From: Planctomycetota bacterium
Lineage (GTDB): Bacteria; Planctomycetota; UBA1135; UBA2386
Direction of reading: 5' to 3'
Assembly: GCA_947501605.1 (NCBI GenBank)
Contig: CANMWZ010000013.1
Coordinates: 38,881-102,880 of the forward strand
Length of the DNA stretch: 64,000 nucleotides
Made by a program: the position numbers and the translations under genes. A model generated the notes under the pieces. That model was given only the letters and a program-made list of their open reading frames with translations, searched no databases and had not been told where the DNA came from. Positions 45,753 to 54,963 of this stretch are shown piece by piece (positions within the stretch are counted from its first letter, which is position 1; each line of letters opens with the position of its first letter).

Positions 45753-46804
45753 ACGTGTACGCGGTCACGAACAGCAGCGAAGTCGCGGCCGCACTGCGCG
45801 AGTGTGTCGCGGCGTCACGCCGCGTTCATTTGTTCGGCCGTGGCACGCGCAACCGCTGGCAGGCGGCGCCTCCCGCTGCTGCCGTGACGCTGTCGCTGCG
45901 TGGACTCTCATCCATTCTTCGCCTGGAGCCAGACGACCTCACGTGCTCCGTGGAACCTGGCGTTCCGTGCCAAGAACTGGCGATGGCACTGCGGCAGAAG
46001 GGCCTCGAACTGGGCTGCCTCGACGCGGACGACTCGGGTTCCATCGGCGGGCTCTACGCCAGCGATCCACTCGGTGCGCCCAACCCAGGTGCCAGCTCTC
46101 CTCGTTCGACGTTGCTCGGAATCGAAGGCGTTCTCGCCGAGGGCCTCGAGTTCCGTTCGGGCGCGCGCGTCGTCAAGAGCGTCGCGGGCTTCGACGTGCA
46201 CCGACTGTTCGTCGGCAGTCACGGTCTGCTCTACGCCGCGACGCTACTGCACCTGAAGCTACGACCGGCGCCTCGCGTGCGCGCTGCCTTCACGACCGAC
46301 ACACTCGACGTCGCAGGCGCAGTGGACAAGTTCATCGAGATGCGCCGCAACCCAACGATGCCGCGTCGGCTCGTGCTGGTTCGGGAAGCATCTGGCTGTC
46401 GCGTTGCCGGAGTCTTCGCCGGCCGTGCGCGACAAGTCGCCTCGCTCCTTCAGCAGCACTCGCTTCGAGAAGTCGACAAGGCGCCGCAGGACCATCTGCA
46501 GCAGCCGCCAGCCGATCGCGAACTCGTCGTCGGCATCGTGCGAGCCTCGAAGATCGCGGCGCTCGCAGACATCCTCCCCGCTGCCGCGCCGTTGCTGGTC
46601 CACGGCGGCGGCCAGTTCGAGGCGATTCTCACGCCAGCAGAAGTCGACGTTCTGTTCACGGCGCTGCCTGCACTAGAAGCGCACGCCGCAATCGCGATCG
46701 GAGCGCCTTCACGCGTCCGTCGCACCACGCCGCTGGACCAGGGCGCAGCCCGGTTGCAGCGCGACCTTCGCAGCGCCCTCGATCCACACTCCGTGCTCGC
46801 ATGA
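45749..46804 (+). CDS. glcE: glycolate oxidase FAD-binding subunit GlcE
   Basis: EPDDLT, SIGG, SGARVVKSVAGFDVHRLFVGSHG; lies between glcD and glcF with ATGA overlaps. Confidence 0.85.
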   Translation: MNVYAVTNSSEVAAALRECVAASRRVHLFGRGTRNRWQAAPPAAAVTLSLRGLSSILRLEPDDLTCSVEPGVPCQELAMALRQKGLELGCLDADDSGSIGGLYASDPLGAPNPGASSPRSTLLGIEGVLAEGLEFRSGARVVKSVAGFDVHRLFVGSHGLLYAATLLHLKLRPAPRVRAAFTTDTLDVAGAVDKFIEMRRNPTMPRRLVLVREASGCRVAGVFAGRARQVASLLQQHSLREVDKAPQDHLQQPPADRELVVGIVRASKIAALADILPAAAPLLVHGGGQFEAILTPAEVDVLFTALPALEAHAAIAIGAPSRVRRTTPLDQGAARLQRDLRSALDPHSVLA

Positions 46805-48075
46805 ACGACGCCCAGAGAACGACGGAGAGTCCCTCGTCGCCGCTCCACGGACACACTTACGAACAGACACTCGGCTGCGTGCACTGCGGCCTGTGCCTAC
46901 CAGCGTGTCCCACCTACCGCAGCACCGGTGTTGAGGCCGACTCCCCGCGCGGTCGCATCTATCTCGTGCGCGCGCTCGCCGAGGGTCGCATCGAAGACCC
47001 AGAGGTCGTGCGCCATCATCTCGACCGCTGCCTCGACTGCCGCGCCTGCGAGACTGCATGCCCGTCGGGCGTGGAGTACGGCGCCATCCTGGAAACCTCG
47101 CGCGCTGCACTGGAGAGCCGGAAGCCGGCGAGCGGACTGCGCCCTCGCATTGCGAAGTGGATGCTGCGTCACGTCGTGGTCCACCAAGGACGACTGCGCG
47201 CGATGTTCGCAGTCCTGCGCCTCGCCGAAGTGCTCGGTTTGCGACGGCTCGCCCGCATGCTGCGGTTGCTACCGGCCTCAGTCGATGCGATTGCACCGCA
47301 CGTACCGCCCGCCGCTGAGCGCCGGCCACTGCCGACGGGATGGCACCGGCCGAGGGGACCGTCGCGCGGCAAGATCGGCCTGTTCACCGGTTGCGTGATG
47401 GAGCCGATCTTCGGTCGCATCAACCGCGCCACGTTGCAGCTGTTGCTCGCGAACGGCTTCGAGGTCTTAGTACCACAGGCGCAGCGCTGCTGCGGCGCGC
47501 TGCTCGTGCACGCGGGGTTGCCCAAAGACGCCGCCAAGGTCGCCAGGGCGAACACCACCGCGTTTGCCGAGGTGGATGTCGTCATCAACAACTCCGCGGG
47601 TTGCGGCTGCGCGATGCGCGAGTATGGCGAATTGCTCGGTGACGAAACCGGCCGTGCCTTCGCTGGCAAGTGCCGCGATATCTGCGAGTTTCTCGCCGAG
47701 CAGGGCCTCTCGGCGACGCCCAAGCCGTGCACTGATCGCGTCGCCTATGACGACCCGTGCCATCTGTGCCATGGCCAGAAGGTCCGCACAGAACCGCGCA
47801 AGTTGCTGCAGCAGGTGCCTGGCATCCAGATGATCGAGCACGCAAGACCAGAGGACTGCTGCGGCTCAGCCGGGATCTACAACATGCTGCAACCTGAACT
47901 CGCGAGCGACGTCGGGCAGCGCAAGGCAAAGGCACTGTGCGATGCAAAACCCGATCTGGTCGCCACCGGCAATCCCGGCTGCATGATGCAGATCGCAGCG
48001 CACCTCAAGGCGGCCGGAAGTTCGGCGCGCGTCGTGCACCCAGTCGAGTTGTTGCTGCCAGATGCGCCGCGTTGA
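46801..48075 (+). CDS. glcF: glycolate oxidase iron-sulfur subunit GlcF
   Basis: CVHCGLCLPACPTY, SPRGRI, CLDCRACETACPSG, two CCG domains, NPGC. Confidence 0.92.
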   Translation: MNDAQRTTESPSSPLHGHTYEQTLGCVHCGLCLPACPTYRSTGVEADSPRGRIYLVRALAEGRIEDPEVVRHHLDRCLDCRACETACPSGVEYGAILETSRAALESRKPASGLRPRIAKWMLRHVVVHQGRLRAMFAVLRLAEVLGLRRLARMLRLLPASVDAIAPHVPPAAERRPLPTGWHRPRGPSRGKIGLFTGCVMEPIFGRINRATLQLLLANGFEVLVPQAQRCCGALLVHAGLPKDAAKVARANTTAFAEVDVVINNSAGCGCAMREYGELLGDETGRAFAGKCRDICEFLAEQGLSATPKPCTDRVAYDDPCHLCHGQKVRTEPRKLLQQVPGIQMIEHARPEDCCGSAGIYNMLQPELASDVGQRKAKALCDAKPDLVATGNPGCMMQIAAHLKAAGSSARVVHPVELLLPDAPR

Positions 48076-48109
48076 GCGAATGCTACGTGCCGCGCGCCTT
48101 CAGCCGTGA

Positions 48110-49162
48110 TCAGCCGCCGATGGGCGTCACGATCGACCACAGACCATCGGTCGCCGACAACACGCCGTTGACTGCCGCCGGATCGAACACGACCCACTGC
48201 GAGAACAGCGACAGGCCGACAAACGCCGACAGCGGCGGGATCTGCAGCGCCAGCGTCGCCGATGCCGTTCCCGGGCCACCGACCGTTGTCGGGAACAGCG
48301 TGATCTCGGGCTCGACGAGCAAGAAGCACCCCGGCGCATTGAGCACGTTGGTCAGATCAAGCGGCAACGGGATCGGCGTGCCCTCCGAGTCCCACAACGT
48401 GCGACTCGTGCCGATCGCGAGACCAGCCAACGTCTGCGCCGCCGCATTCTGCAGTTGATGCGTCCAGATGTTGCCGGGCGTCGCCAACTGCAGCGTGTCC
48501 GCCGTCGGGGTGATGAAGTTGATCCCGCGGCAGCCATTGCCGAAGTGCGTCTTGGCACCCGGACGAAGCGAAAACCGCATGAACAGACCCTGCGCGGCCG
48601 TCAACTGGCCCGATGTGGCGCTCGCATTTCCGCCGGCATAGACGCGGGAAATGGAGTTGAAGCCCGAGTCAGTCGATCGCTGATCGGCGTTGAACGGCGC
48701 GTTGCTGCGGCCGTTGCCAAAGATGCGCACGTCGACGAGGAAGGGACGCTGACCATCCCAGGTGAACAGCTCGGTGAACGGTACGGTGAGTACCGGCTGG
48801 CCCGCCGCGGCAGTCAACAGCGTCAGCGTAGTCCGCGGCCGTACGATGACTCGCGGACCGACGAGATTCGAATCGAACGTGCTGTTGAGCCCGAATACCG
48901 GCGCGTGGCACATCGAGATTTCGCAATCGAGGGTCGTCGAGATCGTCGCGCTGGTGCCGGCTAGGATCGTAAGGCTCTGCAGCCGGATCGGCTCGGTGCC
49001 GAAGTTCTGCGCCTGCGCCAGCGAGAACCACTCCTGGTAGCGACCAACGCCGGCGGCAAACGGCAGCTGCGTGTTGGACACAAGCGGAGCCGGGAACGGC
49101 AGAGTCACGGTCTGGGCGCTCACAGCGGCGGCCAGGACGAACAGGATGAAAAAGGCACGCAT
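48110..49162 (-). CDS. secreted protein with recurrent C-terminal beta domain
   Basis: Signal MRAFFILFVLAAAVSAQ; C-terminal FGNGC..LPLDL..APGCFLLV..IP..FVGLSLFSQWVVFD..ATDG. Confidence 0.8.
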   Translation of the reverse strand: MRAFFILFVLAAAVSAQTVTLPFPAPLVSNTQLPFAAGVGRYQEWFSLAQAQNFGTEPIRLQSLTILAGTSATISTTLDCEISMCHAPVFGLNSTFDSNLVGPRVIVRPRTTLTLLTAAAGQPVLTVPFTELFTWDGQRPFLVDVRIFGNGRSNAPFNADQRSTDSGFNSISRVYAGGNASATSGQLTAAQGLFMRFSLRPGAKTHFGNGCRGINFITPTADTLQLATPGNIWTHQLQNAAAQTLAGLAIGTSRTLWDSEGTPIPLPLDLTNVLNAPGCFLLVEPEITLFPTTVGGPGTASATLALQIPPLSAFVGLSLFSQWVVFDPAAVNGVLSATDGLWSIVTPIGG

Positions 49163-49330
49163 CAGCACAAACTCACGAAACGGGCGAAGGGAAACCTGAG
49201 ACAGTCTACCCGGGTGCGAGCGCCGCGGCGGCGATGCCACCGCACATGCGCTCGTTTACGGCTCGCGGTCGATGCTAGTTCGCGCGCAGCGGACGGCAAC
49301 AGGGGCCGAATGCTGATGTGGCACGGTGGC

Positions 49331-50869
49331 TCAGAAATAGTACCACTCGCACACGCGAGCGATCGAACCGCTGGTCGTTCCGCCGCCGATCACTTGGACC
49401 TGGCCCTGCGGTGTGGCGTAGGCGGCGGCACCGGCGCGAGCGACGTTCAGCGAAGGGCCGGTGGTAAAGGTGTTGGTTGAACTGTTGTAGATCTCGCCTG
49501 AGGCCAAGGGCGTTGGCGTGAGGATCGCACCGTTGGCACCGCCGACCAGCAATACGCTCCCGTTTGGCAGCACGATGGCGCGCTGGTTGGCTCGCGCAGT
49601 CGCCATCGCGCCAGCACTCGACCACGTATTGGCCACCGCATCGTAGACCTCTGCCGCCGCCGTCGGCGTACCTTGGTTGGCGATCGTCATGCTGGCGATG
49701 CCGCCGGCAAGCAACCATCGGTTGTTGGGCAACGGCACCGCATCGATCAGCGATCGCGCACTCGCCATTGACGGCCCAGCGGTGATCGCATTCGTCGCCG
49801 GCGAGAACAGATCCGTTGTCGCCCGCACGGTCGGCACCTTGATGATGATCAAGTTGTCGAAGCTGACCCCGCCGGCGAGCAGCACCGTGCCGTTCGGACG
49901 GACGATGGGGACGTGACCGACGCGGGGAGTGCGCAGGTTTGGACCGGGCGACCAAGCGTTGGTGGCCGGGTTGTAGAACTCGGTCGTGTTCAACGTGTGG
50001 TCAATCGTGTCGATGCCGGTTGTCACGGTGTCGAGACCGCCGCTGATGAATACGCGCCCGTCGGCAAGCAGCACCGCCGCGTGACCCGCACGAGCGGTGC
50101 CCATCGAAGTCACCGGTGTGAAGGCGTCCGCGACCGGATCGTAGATCTCGCACAACGCCTGCGGGTCGTTGGTCAGATTGACGCCACCCGCGAGCAACCA
50201 CCGGCCATCGGCGAGCCGCGTCGCTGAATGCAGCGACCGGTACGCGTTCATCTGCGGTCCGAAGACGAACGCGTCGGTGACGTCGTCGTAGATCTCGCTC
50301 GTGCGCACCGCGACCTGCGCCAGCAAGGCACCGCGACCGCCGCCCGCAATCATCCAGCGACCGTCGGCGCGAGGGATCATGGTGCCGAAAGCGCGGTCGT
50401 CCGTCATGTAGACCTGCCGGTCGCGAAACACGCCGGCCGGCGCAAACCGAATCGCCTCGGGCGGGGACACTTCGTCGAACACCGTCGTCGCGCCACCGAA
50501 TGACAAGCCTTGGAAGAACAGCGGCACATCGAGGAAAGCTGGCACGTTGGGCACGGTCCACCCGGGTAGCGCGTAGCGTTGGTCGAAGCCGAACTGGCCG
50601 AAGTAGAGATCGAGTTGCTGCAAGCCGACGCTGAGCACGCGCGTGTCCGCGGGATCAACCACAGCGATCGGCAGCGGGCCAGCATCGATGCCCATGGCAA
50701 TGATGCAGAACTGGAAGAGCGGCCCCGGTCCGAGTGAGACACTCAGCGTACCTGGGAACGACCCTCCAAGAGCGTCGAGTCGCATCGGGCCTTGCGCCGC
50801 GATAGGCGCAGCAAGTGCGATGGATAGCGCAGCGATCGCGAACGGTTCTGCATTATGGCGGCAGTGCAT
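49331..50869 (-). CDS. secreted Kelch/galactose-oxidase-like beta-propeller protein
   Basis: About 6-7 repeats like HSATRLADGRWLLAGG..EIYDP; signal ending IAAQ. Confidence 0.88.
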   Translation of the reverse strand: MHCRHNAEPFAIAALSIALAAPIAAQGPMRLDALGGSFPGTLSVSLGPGPLFQFCIIAMGIDAGPLPIAVVDPADTRVLSVGLQQLDLYFGQFGFDQRYALPGWTVPNVPAFLDVPLFFQGLSFGGATTVFDEVSPPEAIRFAPAGVFRDRQVYMTDDRAFGTMIPRADGRWMIAGGGRGALLAQVAVRTSEIYDDVTDAFVFGPQMNAYRSLHSATRLADGRWLLAGGVNLTNDPQALCEIYDPVADAFTPVTSMGTARAGHAAVLLADGRVFISGGLDTVTTGIDTIDHTLNTTEFYNPATNAWSPGPNLRTPRVGHVPIVRPNGTVLLAGGVSFDNLIIIKVPTVRATTDLFSPATNAITAGPSMASARSLIDAVPLPNNRWLLAGGIASMTIANQGTPTAAAEVYDAVANTWSSAGAMATARANQRAIVLPNGSVLLVGGANGAILTPTPLASGEIYNSSTNTFTTGPSLNVARAGAAAYATPQGQVQVIGGGTTSGSIARVCEWYYF

Positions 50870-51061
50870 GGGACCTCCGAGGCCGGAGATCATCGCGCCC
50901 CGGAGCGAGCAGACCAAGCCCCACACCAAGGCCGCAACCGGACCCGAGCCTGCCGCGAAAAGCCGTTGCGCCCCAAGGTCCGATTCCGATACTCACGCCC
51001 CCCGCTGGCCGCAGGAAGCGCCCGGCATCCTCCAATCACGCTCGCGCCGAACCAAATCGCC

Positions 51062-51610
51062 ATGTCGCTCTACACCAAGACCGGAGACGAGGGCGAGACT
51101 GGCCTGTTCGGCAACCGTCGCGTACCCAAGGACGACCTGCGCATCGAGGCCTACGGTGCCATCGACGAACTGAACAGCTGCCTTGGACTGTTGCGCTGCG
51201 AGAGGTTTGAGCCTGAAACCGACGGTCGCCTGGAGACGATGCAGAACCTGCTGTTCGAGATCGGCGCCGATCTCGCAACCGATGGCGGCAATGCATCGGT
51301 GTCGGCCGTAACGCACGCCATCGCACTGATGGAGCAGTGGATCGACGGGAGCGAGCAGGAGCTACCGCAACTGCGCAACTTCGTACTGCCAGGCGGCAGC
51401 CGCGCCTCGGGCTTGCTACACGTGGCGCGCACCGTGGCGCGGCGCGCCGAACGACGGTTTTGGACCCTGGCCAAGGTCGCGCATGATGTGCCACGCCCGA
51501 TTGGCGTGCTGCTCAATCGCATGTCGGACCTGTTCTTCTCCTGGGCCCGCCGCGCCAACGTCCGCGCCGGCGTCGCCGATGTGCCGTGGCAGCGCCAGCA
51601 GGGGTCGTGA
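51062..51610 (+). CDS. pduO: PduO-type ATP:cob(I)alamin adenosyltransferase
   Basis: YTKTGDEGET, AYGAIDELNS, FVLPGG, RTVARRAER, LNRMSDLFF. Confidence 0.95.
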   Translation: MSLYTKTGDEGETGLFGNRRVPKDDLRIEAYGAIDELNSCLGLLRCERFEPETDGRLETMQNLLFEIGADLATDGGNASVSAVTHAIALMEQWIDGSEQELPQLRNFVLPGGSRASGLLHVARTVARRAERRFWTLAKVAHDVPRPIGVLLNRMSDLFFSWARRANVRAGVADVPWQRQQGS

Positions 51611-51666
51611 GCAACCGCTGCGCCGATGGCTCAGGCGCGCCAAGCTCCACTGGCAGGCGGCGACTG

Positions 51667-51702
51667 GACTCCGTCTGGTTGCACGACTCCGCCTAGTTGC
51701 AC
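51667..51702. repeat. 18-bp tandem duplication, intergenic
   Basis: GACTCCGTCTGGTTGCAC / GACTCCGCCTAGTTGCAC (16/18 identical). Confidence 0.8.
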
Positions 51703-51814
51703 CAGTGCGGGTCCACCCACTCGGAAGCGGCGGAGAATCTGGATGCCAGTGTGCCTTCTGACGAACAACTCCGGCACCGAGCACCCTGCAGACGGGTGGA
51801 GATCCAGCCCAACT

Positions 51815-51840
51815 GAATCAACCAGCCGAATCAGCCAGCC
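51815..51840. repeat. 13-bp tandem duplication, intergenic
   Basis: GAATCAACCAGCC / GAATCAGCCAGCC (12/13 identical). Confidence 0.7.
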
Positions 51841-51852
51841 AGCGCAGCCAGA

Positions 51853-52176
51853 TCAAACCGGGCCAGCAGCCGTGCGGCCCAGTCGGCACGCGCGGCGCAG
51901 CCACATCATGGCGCGCTCGACTTCGCGAGGCGTCGTGACCGGGATCTCGACGAACTCGCGCGAATGCGGGTCGCCATCGTCCGGCATGCGCTTGGCGCCG
52001 ATGATCTTCAAGGCTTCGGTGACCTGAGGCGGGGCGAGCTTGACCACCACGCCCTTCTTGCCGAGGTAAGCGAACACTTGGCCGCGGACCAGGAACGAGT
52101 CTTTTCCGTCCCGCTTCTCACGGGCCACGTCTTTCCAGGCACAGAGGCGCTCGACGATCGTCGCGAGTGGATCCAT
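51853..52176 (-). CDS. small MmcQ/YjbR/TfoX-like fold protein
   Basis: SFLVRGQVFAYL..VVVKL..REFVEI..WLRRA pattern; TATAGT -10-like element upstream. Confidence 0.6.
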   Translation of the reverse strand: MDPLATIVERLCAWKDVAREKRDGKDSFLVRGQVFAYLGKKGVVVKLAPPQVTEALKIIGAKRMPDDGDPHSREFVEIPVTTPREVERAMMWLRRACRLGRTAAGPV

Positions 52177-52288
52177 AGGGGCGAAGGACTATAGCCGCTC
52201 AGCCCTCCGCAACCTAGCGCTGCGACCGAAAAGCCCGAACAAGACCCTTCCAGGTCGTCGCAAACCAGCCCGCCGAGGGCACCTGGAG

Positions 52289-53215
52289 TCAACCGATTCG
52301 CAACAGGTTCTTGGTCACAAGCCACATCATCGCCGGGTACTCGTCGAGGCGACGACGAAGATACTGCACCGCCATACCCCAGCCGTTTGCGAACGGCACG
52401 TAAAGGCGGCAACGGACCCCCCGCTGACGCAACTCGGCGAGCAGGCGTTCGCGCGGAACCCCATAGAGCATCTGAACCTCGAACCGATCGGGTGCCGCGC
52501 CTGCAGCCGGCACGACCTCATCGACGAAGCGCCGGACGACGGCCTCGTCGTGACTCGCAAACTCGACGTAGTGGCCGGCCTTCAACAGCCGCGCGGCGTA
52601 GTCGAGCATGCGTTGCTTCATCGCCGGCTTCTGCATCAACGCGACATCCTCGGGCTCGCGATAAATGCCGATGACCAGTCGCACGCGCATTCCCTTGGGT
52701 AGCGCCTCGATGTCCCGCTCAGTGCGGTGGAGGCGGGTCTGCAGCACGCAGCCCACGTGACGGTGACCCGCCTCGTAGAGTTGCCGCAGGGCGTCGAGGG
52801 TGAAGTCGGTCCAGTGCCGGCTCTCCATGTCGATGCTCAGGCTGACGTTCTTCCGGGCCGCAGCCTCGACAATCGTAGTGATCGCCTGGAGCGAACCCTT
52901 CGCCGCACCACCCTCCTGTAGCGGGTCTGTCGTGTAGGAAGACGGCTTCAGCGAGAGGGTGGGACGGCCCTCCGGACCGATGTCCGAGCAGGCGGCCACG
53001 GCATCGACCATGCGCAGGTAGGTCTTCAGATTGTCATCTGCTTGCTGCGGCTGGTGGATGTCCTCGGCCAGCAAGTCGAGCGTCGCCATCAAGCCACGTT
53101 GCTTCCACAGGCTGCGCGCAGCACCCATGGCGAGATCGAGAGAGTCACCGGCGACATAGGGTCGCGCGAAGAATCGCACGAGGAACGGCGGAATCAGACG
53201 GATCAGCGGGTTCAC
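52289..53215 (-). CDS. monofunctional proline dehydrogenase
   Basis: YVAGD, SLKPS, IDME, ASHD, FEVQMLYG, YVPF, YLRRRLDE. Confidence 0.9.
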   Translation of the reverse strand: MNPLIRLIPPFLVRFFARPYVAGDSLDLAMGAARSLWKQRGLMATLDLLAEDIHQPQQADDNLKTYLRMVDAVAACSDIGPEGRPTLSLKPSSYTTDPLQEGGAAKGSLQAITTIVEAAARKNVSLSIDMESRHWTDFTLDALRQLYEAGHRHVGCVLQTRLHRTERDIEALPKGMRVRLVIGIYREPEDVALMQKPAMKQRMLDYAARLLKAGHYVEFASHDEAVVRRFVDEVVPAAGAAPDRFEVQMLYGVPRERLLAELRQRGVRCRLYVPFANGWGMAVQYLRRRLDEYPAMMWLVTKNLLRIG

Positions 53216-53291
53216 GGGGAGCGCGGATCATGGCGACGCATCGCCGCGATTACCAACTGCGGCCGCACCGGGCCGAAGTCGGCCAGAGGAC

Positions 53292-53319
53292 TCAATCCGG
53301 AGACCCGGAAACGCCGATG
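53292..53319 (+). promoter_or_regulatory. sigma28-like promoter motif TCAAT-N16-GCCGATG upstream of second glycosyltransferase locus
   Basis: TCAAT 53292-53296, GCCGATG 53313-53319, AGAGG RBS, ATG 53342. Confidence 0.6.
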
Positions 53320-53341
53320 ACACGGCACGAAAGAGGCCAAC

Positions 53342-54952
53342 ATGCGGATCGTCTGGGTGTTCGAGCGCACTGACCAGTTGTGGGGCGGTGTGAAGGTCGC
53401 GTTGACCGATGCCAACTGGCTGCAGGCAGCTGGGCACGACGTCACAGTCGTGAGCCGCACGGCACGACCGTCGTGGATGGAGATCCAATGCCGCTTCCTC
53501 CAGCTGGAGCCGCTGGATGCGCGGGCGCTGCCACCAGCGGACATCTACATCGGGACGTTCTGGACCACCCTGCCCGCGGCTGCCGCGGCCGCCGCGCTGC
53601 GTGGCACGATCAGTGTTCACTACTGCCAGGGCTATGAGGGCGACAACCCCGAGTTCCGCGCGCACCGCGAACGCATCGAACAGGTCTACCGACTGCCCGG
53701 AGTCCGACACCTGACGATCGCACCGCACCTGACGGCTCTGCTGCGCGATCGCTTCGGCATTCGCGCCGTCGAAGTGCCGTACGTGATCGACCATGACGTC
53801 CACTTCGCCGACACACCAAAGCCGCCGCGGGCGCGACTTCGCATCGGCCTCGTTGGACCCTATGAAGTGCCGTGGAAGGACATCCAGACCGGCCTCGACG
53901 CCTGCCGTCTCGCCGCTGCGGCGGGCCAGGACCTCGAGCTCGTGCGCGTAACCAACACCGCACCCAACCCATCCGAACTCGAGCTGCCATTCGCCGTCGA
54001 ATGGCACCAGCAGGTCAAGCCAGCCGACATGGGCGCGATCTACCGCTCCATGGACGTGTTCCTCGGCACCTCGAGCGGCCCGGAAGAAGGCTTCTTCCTG
54101 CCAGCCGTCGAAGCGATGGCCTGTGGCGTGCCGTGCGTGCTCACCGACATTCCTTGTTTCCGTGCCCACGGCGACGGTCATTACGCGTTGTTCGTGCCAG
54201 CTCGTGACGCAGCGGCAATGGCAGAAGCTCTCGTCGTGGCGGCGCGCGTTGACGACGTACGCAGCGTTCTGCGACATGGCGGACTCGCCGCCGCCGCGCG
54301 CTACACCCAGTCGGCGCACGGAGAGGCCCTGCTCAAGGCACTGGAGAGCGTGGTGGCGCGATCACCCGTCATGGCGCCACCAGCCGCAGCTTCGCCCACA
54401 CCTGCAGCACGACACAACGTCGTTTCCGGTCCGGGCCACAAGACCCAGGTGAACACGCACCAAGAGCCCGCCGCCGCAGGCACCGCGCCAGTCAATCGTC
54501 TGGTCAGAGACCTCACCGCCGCCGCGGAACACGCCGCAGGTCGCGATCAGCACTTCGAGGCCTCGCGCCTGTTCGCCGCTGCATTCGCACTCGCACCAGA
54601 AACTGGCGACCATGCAGCTCACGCCGCATGGTGCCGCCACCTCGCTGGCGACACTCTCGGTGCGCTGCGCATGATCGACCGCTTTGCCGAGGATGGCCTC
54701 GACCACGCCCTCGTGCACGAGCATCGCGCCGAGCTGCAAAATGGCGTCGGCAACCCCGCTGCCGCGGCACAGTCCCTGCGAGCCGCGATCGCCGCCGGCG
54801 CCCGCAGCGCCTGTATCTACAATCGCCTCGGCGTGGCGCTTTACAGCGCCGGCGACTTCGCAGCTGCGCGCTCGAGCTTCGAACGCGCGCTGCTGCTCGA
54901 GCCAGGTCATCGCGACGCGGTGCAGAACATCGCGGATCTACCGGCCGCCTGA
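53342..54952 (+). CDS. GT4 glycosyltransferase with C-terminal TPR domain
   Basis: WGGVKV..ANWLQAAGHDV, GTFWTT, QGYE, EGFFLPAVEAMACG; TPR YNRLGVALYSAGDFAAARSSFERALLLEP. Confidence 0.88.
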   Translation: MRIVWVFERTDQLWGGVKVALTDANWLQAAGHDVTVVSRTARPSWMEIQCRFLQLEPLDARALPPADIYIGTFWTTLPAAAAAAALRGTISVHYCQGYEGDNPEFRAHRERIEQVYRLPGVRHLTIAPHLTALLRDRFGIRAVEVPYVIDHDVHFADTPKPPRARLRIGLVGPYEVPWKDIQTGLDACRLAAAAGQDLELVRVTNTAPNPSELELPFAVEWHQQVKPADMGAIYRSMDVFLGTSSGPEEGFFLPAVEAMACGVPCVLTDIPCFRAHGDGHYALFVPARDAAAMAEALVVAARVDDVRSVLRHGGLAAAARYTQSAHGEALLKALESVVARSPVMAPPAAASPTPAARHNVVSGPGHKTQVNTHQEPAAAGTAPVNRLVRDLTAAAEHAAGRDQHFEASRLFAAAFALAPETGDHAAHAAWCRHLAGDTLGALRMIDRFAEDGLDHALVHEHRAELQNGVGNPAAAAQSLRAAIAAGARSACIYNRLGVALYSAGDFAAARSSFERALLLEPGHRDAVQNIADLPAA

Positions 54953-54963
54953 CCCGGGGAATC

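Noticed and set aside
39753..48075. Long ORFs 39753..43097, 40965..42557, 43119..44825 and 45634..48075 as full-length fusions
   Set aside because: Their 5' extensions overlap other well-supported genes; this is stop-codon scarcity in GC-rich DNA. Starts were trimmed.
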